DNA of 12,659 nt, from the NCBI GenBank assembly GCA_965659565.1, contig CBFHWV010000057.1, forward strand, positions 1 through 12,659, written 5' to 3'. The position numbers were made by a program, and so were the translations under genes. The notes under the pieces are model-generated. The model was not told the DNA's origin and did no database searches. It saw only the letters and a program-made list of their open reading frames with translations. This document shows, piece after piece, positions 7,220-12,659 of the stretch. Numbering within the stretch: position 1 is the first letter of the stretch; every line of letters begins with the position of its first letter. The DNA is from an uncultured Flavobacteriales bacterium. GTDB lineage: Bacteria > Bacteroidota > Bacteroidia > Flavobacteriales_D > Sanyastnellaceae.

Positions 7220-7585
7220 ATGCTCAAGAATCTCGTCAACCGCATCGCGGACAACTTCGACCGCGAAGAATTCGGCGTTGCGCCGCAGAAGAAACTCAAG
7301 ACCATTTCCAAGGACTTCCAGGCCGCATTCGGTCTCGAGCTGGTCTTTTACAAGGGCAAAAAGATTGCTGAGGGCGATCTGACCTTGGCTGGACTGAACA
7401 AGAAGACGGCTGATTCCGTGGACGCGAAGGCCGGCGACATGAAGATCAAGGCGAGCATGTCCGTGGGTGAGGTCGAGGATTTGTTCAAGTCCAACTTCGG
7501 CACGACTGTCCAGATCAAGTCCGGCGGCAAGCTGGTCGACAATAAGACCTCCCTCGGCGATGCCCGGCGTGCCGCTGAAGGCTGA
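7220..7585 (+). CDS. Small tandem-repeat protein, paralog P2 (121 aa).
   Basis: The first module is KKLKTISKDFQAAFGLELVFYKG and the second is SMSVGEVEDLFKSNFGTTVQIKSG. It begins 26 bp after P1 on the same strand. Confidence 0.7.
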   Translation: MLKNLVNRIADNFDREEFGVAPQKKLKTISKDFQAAFGLELVFYKGKKIAEGDLTLAGLNKKTADSVDAKAGDMKIKASMSVGEVEDLFKSNFGTTVQIKSGGKLVDNKTSLGDARRAAEG

Positions 7586-8273
7586 GGCCGCCTGGGGCTG
7601 GGCGAAAGAGCGCAACGAAGGCTTCAAGTCATGGTCGGACCGGTGGTCTGATCGAATCGGCATCGATGCACCGTCGATCCGGAAGGCGGTCTTGTGCTTT
7701 GTCTTCCTGTTCATTTGCACCCCGCTGGGGCAATTGATCGCATGGGTTCAATTCAGCGGTTATGCCCCGACCATGGATGAGTACACCGCCCAGCAGGAGG
7801 AGTACCACGACCAGTTCATGGCCTTCTTATCGGATTACCTTCCGGACGATCCGGCGGGCGATGATCTGTATCACGAGACATTGCGCAGCATGACCCAAGG
7901 GATGCGGAATGCTGCGGACATGGGAGCAAGTGGCATGGCCTGGATGGTGGACCACACCCTTTCCATGTCCACAACGGCCACGAAGTATGTCCTCGATGCA
8001 TGGAAGGCGTTCAAAATCTACCTCTTCAGTTGGATTTACGGGAGCATCCTGTACCTCGTGGCGTTCAGTTTTCTGACCGATCTGATCACGCAAAAGGTGC
8101 AGCACCGGTTTTGGAAAGGCCTGAACAGCGTCACGGGCTGGAAGCTCAAGGAGCAGGGTTTCCTCTTCGGTGCGATTCTGACGCTGATCCTGTGGCTGAC
8201 CCCGGTAGGCGACGTTATGGAAGCAGGGTTCAACGCCATTCACTGGATCACCTACGACGCGCTCTATTCTTGA
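7560..8273 (+). CDS. Multi-pass membrane protein of unknown function, with at least 3 hydrophobic helices.
   Basis: ORF 7467..8273. The first ATG in frame is at 7560 (M32), which overlaps the P2 3' end by 26 nt. GC3 is high from 7560 onward. The TM segments are AVLCFVFLFICTPLGQLIAWV, IYLFSWIYGSILYLVAFSFLTDLI and FLFGAILTLILWLTPVG. The exact start is uncertain; the alternatives are GTG at 7569 or TTG at about 7692. Confidence 0.55.
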   Translation: MPGVPLKAEAAWGWAKERNEGFKSWSDRWSDRIGIDAPSIRKAVLCFVFLFICTPLGQLIAWVQFSGYAPTMDEYTAQQEEYHDQFMAFLSDYLPDDPAGDDLYHETLRSMTQGMRNAADMGASGMAWMVDHTLSMSTTATKYVLDAWKAFKIYLFSWIYGSILYLVAFSFLTDLITQKVQHRFWKGLNSVTGWKLKEQGFLFGAILTLILWLTPVGDVMEAGFNAIHWITYDALYS

Positions 8274-8321
8274 TGGAGCCGTACCACGAGGTGGGACAAA
8301 TCTGGACCGCGAGCGGAGTGG

Positions 8322-8831
8322 TCATGTGTTCCCCCTGCTCAACGCTTTGTTGATTCGCTTGGTCAAGGCTTTCCATGCCTTGTGAAGGGCTTCTGCGCCT
8401 TCCGTGTCTTCAGCTGAATTCCACCACGAGACTTTGGTCGCCGCGGCTTGCGATTCTGCCATGTCCAACATGCGCTCGAGGGACGGTCTGTCCTGAGCCA
8501 GAATGGCGGCGCCGACGACGTTGGCCTTGGCGTGGTTGATCATGTTTTCAAGGCTCATCGATTCTTCGAAGACCTCAGTCTGGAAACTGTCCATCATGCG
8601 ATGGACCAAACCGGACCAGCTGCTGTCATGAGAGCGTTTGGTTCTGCTGAGATGCGCTTCACGTGCGGCAGTTTCAGCGTCGAGAAGGGCTTGTTGAAGT
8701 TGCTTCAACGGGTCGATTCCTGTTTCACCCGCCCCTTCTTGTTCCGAAGTCACAGGTATGGCGTGTCCACACCATTCGCATTCCCGGTCGAATGAGATTT
8801 CCGTGGGGTTCTTGCACTGTGGGCACTTCAT
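8322..8831 (-). CDS. Zinc-ribbon protein of 169 aa. It has an N-terminal CxxC...CxxC ribbon followed by an alpha-helical domain. It is possibly a YdjG-like partner of the SPFH protein.
   Basis: The internal ATG at 8829-8831 (M36 of ORF 8322..8936) begins MKCPQCKNPTEISFDRECEWCGH. Its ATG overlaps the upstream gene's stop codon (ATGA on the minus strand). Confidence 0.6.
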   Translation of the reverse strand: MKCPQCKNPTEISFDRECEWCGHAIPVTSEQEGAGETGIDPLKQLQQALLDAETAAREAHLSRTKRSHDSSWSGLVHRMMDSFQTEVFEESMSLENMINHAKANVVGAAILAQDRPSLERMLDMAESQAAATKVSWWNSAEDTEGAEALHKAWKALTKRINKALSRGNT

Positions 8832-10129
8832 GATGAAGGGTTGGTTTGAGAGGTTCCGCAGTTCGGACAAAATTTGGCGCCCACAGCCGACGGGTCTCCG
8901 CATGAAATGCAACCGGTGGACATGGGTTTGTTGCAATCAAAGCACACACTGACATCCTGTGCTTGGTCTGCGCCACAGTGGGGGCATGGATTGTAAGGGT
9001 CACCACAGTGCGGACAGAACTTACAGGAGGCGTCAAATGTCGCTTTGCATTTGTCACACGCGATGGAGGGTGTAGCTGGGCTGGTGGGTGCAGGTGGTGG
9101 TGCCTCGGTCCCATTTCCACAAGCTCCGCAGAACTTGGATTGGGGCGCCATGGGGGCCTGGCATTGGGTGCATTTTTCCGGGTTCATGGATTGTGTGACC
9201 ATGCCGGACAAATTGCCTGCAAGGGGCATGGCCATGCCCAAACCCAGCACCGTTCCGAGAAGCCCGGAGCCCGATCCGTCTCCACCGCCACCAGTTCCTG
9301 CTGTACCGATGCTTTCTGCGGCGGCTTGGGACACATCGAAGGAGCGTTCGACGGTGAAGGTTTGCAGTTGTTCTTGCCGGCGCTTCAGGCGCATGCGCTC
9401 TTCCATGTCCTCCTCCATCAAGCGGTGATACGAATCGAGGACTTGCTGCACCCGGGGATCCTCATCCACAATGGACACCGCCTCGATTTGGAACATCAGG
9501 AGTTCCAATCCAAAATCGGCCATGCTTCGGGCAATCGGCGGGGTCGCGATTTGATTGAGGGACATGACCTCAGTCTCCAATTCAAAAGGGGAGAGGGAAA
9601 GGGCTTTCATCACCTGTCCAAAAGCGGATCGAACCTGCTCGTTGATGACCCCGCGGAAGACCTTGCGAAGGCTCTTTTGATCGTAGTTCTTGGTAACGCC
9701 AACGAGGTCCACCAGAAATTTCCGACTGTCCGAAATGCGGATGCTGTAGCTGCCGCGGCTGGCAATGGGCACCGGCAGGCGGAACTTCTCCTCCATCACC
9801 TTGAAGGGGATGAGCCCCCATTTGGAGTCTTGAGACACGGACTTGTTGACAAAGAACACCTCGGCCTTGAACGGACTGTCCCCACCTGTGGCCAGTGCCA
9901 AAAGGTCGGTGAGGAGCGGAAGGTTGTATGCGGATAGGGTGTGGGTGCCTGGTCCGAATACGTCGAGAATTTTGCCACCGCGGTAGAACACGGCCTCCTG
10001 AGATTCATTGACAACGAGTTGGCTGCCAAAACGGAGTTCTTCGGTCCGTTTGGGATTGCGGTCCGATGACCATTTCCAGACGAGCTCGTCGTTTGGGCCG
10101 TCGTATTTGAGGACGTTGATGATGGGCAT
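8828..10129 (-). CDS. SPFH/Band-7-fold protein of the YdjI/COG4260 type (putative virion core protein-like), with a C-terminal tail of about 117 aa carrying about 8 CxxC pairs (multiple zinc ribbons).
   Basis: M51 of ORF 8828..10279 begins MPIINVLKYDGPNDELVWKW...LRFGSQLVVNESQEAVFYRGGKILDVFGPGTHTL, which matches the conserved N-terminal region of B. subtilis YdjI-like proteins. The C-terminal ...KFCPNCG ribbon is also as in YdjI. The start lies 1 nt after the upstream lipoprotein's stop. Confidence 0.75.
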   Translation of the reverse strand: MPIINVLKYDGPNDELVWKWSSDRNPKRTEELRFGSQLVVNESQEAVFYRGGKILDVFGPGTHTLSAYNLPLLTDLLALATGGDSPFKAEVFFVNKSVSQDSKWGLIPFKVMEEKFRLPVPIASRGSYSIRISDSRKFLVDLVGVTKNYDQKSLRKVFRGVINEQVRSAFGQVMKALSLSPFELETEVMSLNQIATPPIARSMADFGLELLMFQIEAVSIVDEDPRVQQVLDSYHRLMEEDMEERMRLKRRQEQLQTFTVERSFDVSQAAAESIGTAGTGGGGDGSGSGLLGTVLGLGMAMPLAGNLSGMVTQSMNPEKCTQCQAPMAPQSKFCGACGNGTEAPPPAPTSPATPSIACDKCKATFDASCKFCPHCGDPYNPCPHCGADQAQDVSVCFDCNKPMSTGCISCGDPSAVGAKFCPNCGTSQTNPSS

Positions 10130-10130
10130 G

Positions 10131-12065
10131 TCAGGCGGGCTGGGAGCGCAATGGGATTTTGACACTGCCTTTGTCGGTTGACAAATGCAGGTAAGGCAGG
10201 TCTTCGAGGGCGTCAGTGGTTTTGAATCGGTACTCAATGTAGTCTGCTGTGATGCGCTTCTCTCGAGGATAGACGGCATCGGGCAGGTGCATTTCGTTCA
10301 GGGAAACATATGGGTTGAGTTGAATCAATGCCCGGTCAAATCGAACTGTTCCGGTGGTGTAAACATATCCCTCCTCAAAGTCCAGTTCTGCCCCTTCTGC
10401 AATGGCTTGAAGTTCAGGTGACACATTGCGCTTGGCATCGATGGCTTCTTGGGCTCGCTTGAGTTTGAAGTCGTCTGAATCGACCCACGCGACGATGTCA
10501 TCGGTGACGAGGACGCCACGGATGTGAACGACATCCTTCAGGACTTCTTTGGGTTGTCCCTTCCATTCGAACTCCACAACGGCCGGGTCATCGAAAGACT
10601 GGGCTTCAAAAGGGCCAATGGCGCGGATCGCTCCGGGAACCTCAAATACTTCGTACGTATTGCGATAAGTCTCTGTGAAGTGGATGCAGAGGTAGAGTCT
10701 GACATTTTCGAGGTTTCGGCTCGAATGGTTGGCGATGTTGGCGAAAAGAGAATTGTCTTTGTCCATCACACCCCCCTCCTCAATGGAGATGTCGAGAAAC
10801 GAATTCTCGACCAGGAGGCTGTTGATGGCCTCAGGAAGTTCTTGTTGGCAAAAGATGAGGTCGGTCGGCAGGTAATCTTGCACGACTTGGCCGCCTCTTC
10901 GAAAGAAGTGCATTCGAATCTCTTCTTGGGCGGCGTCGACATCACCTTTATTCAGATAGATCGCCGCCTTTTGGAAGTTGGGTGAGAATGCGCCAAATCC
11001 TTCCATGGTGGATTTGTAGAGCTCGAGTACAAATTCGGATTCAACAGAGGTCCCAAAGTAGCCGCGGGCCTTGTAGGGGTTGACCATGTCCAAAAGCAAC
11101 TCGGCTTGCTTGGGATACATCAATGCGGCCTCATCAAACAACGTCATGGCCCGAGACTCATTTCCAGCCCTCGCAGCCAGCATGCCTTGGAGCAGCAGTC
11201 CGGGGGCGGATTGACCTGGATAGAGTTGCAGATATCTGTCCATCATGGACTCGAGTTCCTGCAGGGATGAGGACGTCAGCTCTGGGGAATCCGGAGCTGC
11301 CAGTGCTGCAGGTTTCATGAGTGTACTGTAGACTTTCAACAGCATGCTCTCCCGGTCGTTTGGGGCCATGTCGAGCGCTTGATTGGCCAGGGTTTCGGCC
11401 GCGGCATAGTCACCGTGATGAATGGACAAGTAGGCCTGGTCGCGCACCACACAAAACGCATCCCATTCTTTCATGTACTTCAGGAAGGCTGCGGATGATT
11501 TCTCCAAGTAGGTGGTGTAGGCTTGAGAGGCCGCATCCAGCTTTTTGGCGACCGCTTCGTCACGTTTGTGTCGTTCTGAGGCGGCACCCATGGCCCCTTT
11601 TCCGGCTTTCAGAATGCTCATGGTGGCGCTGACGGGGTCCGCTCCCAATGCAGAAATGGCCCCGGATACAGCGAGTTGAGCTGGGCCTTGAAAGTCTTGA
11701 AATGCCTGCCAAGCAGATTCGTTCGACTCCTTGTCCGCGCGCGCTGCCCTCATTTCTCTGACCACGGGCATCATGAAGGCTTGGGCGGCGATCACATCTG
11801 GGGCTACGCCGGCATAGTCGTAGGTGGCAAGGAATTGGGTGTAGGCATCGAAATCTTTGAGGCGAGAAGGCCCCTCTTCCAGTGCATAGATGACCCGCAC
11901 GGTTTGTTCAAGATTGTACTCATGGGTCTCGGATGCCTTGGCTTCCAATTCATTGGCCAGCTTGTCAAGGTCATCCGCAACGGGGGCATTCCCGCCGCAT
12001 GCCGCCAGCATCAGGGCGCAGCAGAAAAAGGTGAAAGAGAGAAAGTGGTTAGGGAAGGCTTTCAT
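10131..12065 (-). CDS. Lipoprotein of 644 aa. It has a lipobox signal (MKAFPNHFLSFTFFCCALMLAACGG), a TPR-like helical-repeat middle region and an unknown C-terminal domain. It is the first gene of the lipoprotein-SPFH-zinc-ribbon operon.
   Basis: M81 of ORF 10131..12305. The 80 aa upstream ([18 protein letters not shown]...) are not coding-like. The signal peptide with LAAC lipobox sits immediately after this Met. Confidence 0.65.
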   Translation of the reverse strand: MKAFPNHFLSFTFFCCALMLAACGGNAPVADDLDKLANELEAKASETHEYNLEQTVRVIYALEEGPSRLKDFDAYTQFLATYDYAGVAPDVIAAQAFMMPVVREMRAARADKESNESAWQAFQDFQGPAQLAVSGAISALGADPVSATMSILKAGKGAMGAASERHKRDEAVAKKLDAASQAYTTYLEKSSAAFLKYMKEWDAFCVVRDQAYLSIHHGDYAAAETLANQALDMAPNDRESMLLKVYSTLMKPAALAAPDSPELTSSSLQELESMMDRYLQLYPGQSAPGLLLQGMLAARAGNESRAMTLFDEAALMYPKQAELLLDMVNPYKARGYFGTSVESEFVLELYKSTMEGFGAFSPNFQKAAIYLNKGDVDAAQEEIRMHFFRRGGQVVQDYLPTDLIFCQQELPEAINSLLVENSFLDISIEEGGVMDKDNSLFANIANHSSRNLENVRLYLCIHFTETYRNTYEVFEVPGAIRAIGPFEAQSFDDPAVVEFEWKGQPKEVLKDVVHIRGVLVTDDIVAWVDSDDFKLKRAQEAIDAKRNVSPELQAIAEGAELDFEEGYVYTTGTVRFDRALIQLNPYVSLNEMHLPDAVYPREKRITADYIEYRFKTTDALEDLPYLHLSTDKGSVKIPLRSQPA

Positions 12066-12118
12066 GAGGAGGAAAATAGGCAGCGAATCATTGGAAAGGT
12101 GGTCAGTGGCTGTGTCGA

Positions 12119-12143
12119 GTTCAAATTGAACTGGATTGAACCC
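12119..12143. promoter_or_regulatory. Conserved cis-element GTTCAAATTGAACTGGATTGAACCC. It has an inverted GTTCAA followed by two direct TTGAAC sites, and lies in the divergent region between the lipoprotein operon (-) and purL (+).
   Basis: The 17-mer core is identical to the one at 2538-2554. It sits 54 bp upstream of the lipoprotein ATG (minus strand) and about 148 bp upstream of the purL ATG. Confidence 0.55.
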
Positions 12144-12289
12144 TGCTTTTTTGATGGCGTGGCGATGTGTGGTTTGGTTCTTCTTCAGCTGTTGGAAAAG
12201 CCCCATGAGGCGAATGAGGTGAGGTCGGGTCAGGTGCAGGTGCGGGCGTACCTTCGCGGGACGATTTCGCACCCCGATACGTTCGCAAC

Positions 12290-12659
12290 ATGGCCCAACG
12301 CGCATCCACTGCCCCCGCCACCCTCGAGCAAGCCCAAGAGATGGGCCTGCGCCCCGAGGAATTCGACCTGATCAAGGAGATCCTTGGACGGACCCCCAAC
12401 TTCACCGAGATGTGCATCTACTCGGTCATGTGGTCCGAGCACTGCAGCTACAAGAACTCGATCCAGTGGCTGAAGACCCTGCCCAAGGATGGTCCGCATT
12501 TGCTGGTCAAAGCCGGGGAGGAAAACGCCGGCATTGTCGACATCGGCGACGGCATCGGGTGTGCCTTCAAAATCGAGAGCCACAACCACCCCAGTGCGCT
12601 GGAGCCTTACCAGGGGGCCGCGACCGGCGTGGGTGGCATCAACCGCGACATCTTCACCA
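12290..12659 (+). CDS. purL: Phosphoribosylformylglycinamidine synthase subunit PurL (FGAM synthase II). The N-terminal 123 aa are present and the gene is 3'-truncated by the window edge.
   Basis: [57 protein letters not shown]...GIVDIGDG...[30 protein letters not shown] is colinear with the B. subtilis PurL N-terminus ([40 protein letters not shown]). It is not in the ORF track because there is no stop codon inside the window. Confidence 0.92.
   Translation, partial: MAQRASTAPATLEQAQEMGLRPEEFDLIKEILGRTPNFTEMCIYSVMWSEHCSYKNSIQWLKTLPKDGPHLLVKAGEENAGIVDIGDGIGCAFKIESHNHPSALEPYQGAATGVGGINRDIFT

Noticed and set aside
6798-7585. Assigning the P-family modules to a known family (HU-like, ribosomal L7/L12 C-terminal domain, LysM, tautomerase-like beta-alpha-beta, CsbD)
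   Set aside because: I tried pattern-matching from memory against each of these. The similarities are limited to K-rich amphipathic helices or a GR..E.K..L motif and are not convincing without a profile search. I left them unassigned.
8963-9937. A 324-aa plus-strand ORF antisense to the SPFH gene. The same applies to 237..1232(-), 2942..3805(-), 7103..7720(-), 4104..5027(-) and 11676..12371(+).
   Set aside because: All are antisense to, or frame-shifted from, better-supported genes, and their translations are Arg/Gly/Pro/His-rich with no motifs. They are GC-rich frame artefacts.
12066-12305. An 80-aa N-terminal extension of the lipoprotein ORF (the ORF track starts at 12305). Similar N-terminal extensions appear for ORFs 8828..10279, 1142..2341, 2717..3376 and 2343..2600.
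   Set aside because: The extensions are not coding-like and overlap intergenic or regulatory DNA or the upstream gene. The internal Mets are each followed immediately by a signal peptide or by the start of family homology. The ORF track evidently uses GTG/TTG as M, which inflates the 5' ends.
1-12659. CRISPR arrays, tRNA/rRNA genes, IS elements and integrase or att-like repeats
   Set aside because: There are no regularly spaced direct repeats, no cloverleaf-compatible segments, and no transposase- or integrase-like ORFs. The only recurrent DNA element is the short 17-bp motif with non-homologous flanks.

Overview
This 12.66-kb window is GC-rich (roughly 60%) and coding-dense, with a few A/T-rich divergent intergenic spacers. 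None of the confident start codons has a Shine-Dalgarno sequence upstream, which fits a high-GC Bacteroidota-like genome; this is an inference, not a demonstration. I call 16 protein-coding genes and one rho-independent terminator. The only clear housekeeping gene is a 3'-truncated purL (12290..end, +). The accessory content is as follows. Four diverged paralogs of a small protein (about 104-139 aa) built from two tandem copies of a roughly 45-aa module sit at 2957..3376, 6346..6660, 6798..7193 and 7220..7585. Each one is the first gene of a unit whose downstream gene differs: a DUF559/Vsr-like PD-(D/E)xK nuclease fusion, a soluble KAP-family P-loop NTPase of 617 aa, and a multi-pass membrane protein. 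A Pmp3/YqaE proteolipid gene is divergently paired with a highly charged coiled-coil protein. A minus-strand operon encodes a lipoprotein, an SPFH/YdjI-like protein with a C-terminal multi-zinc-ribbon tail, and a zinc-ribbon protein, all translationally coupled. A near-identical 17-bp element (ATTGAACTGGATTGAAC, made of 10-bp-phased TTGAAC half-sites plus an inverted GTTCAA) recurs in the three divergent intergenic regions, at 2538, 6727 and 12119, and may define a shared (stress?) regulon. The most interesting candidate for an undescribed system is the small-paralog family paired with changing effector-like partners (nuclease, KAP NTPase, membrane protein). No tRNA, rRNA, CRISPR array or obvious mobile element was seen.
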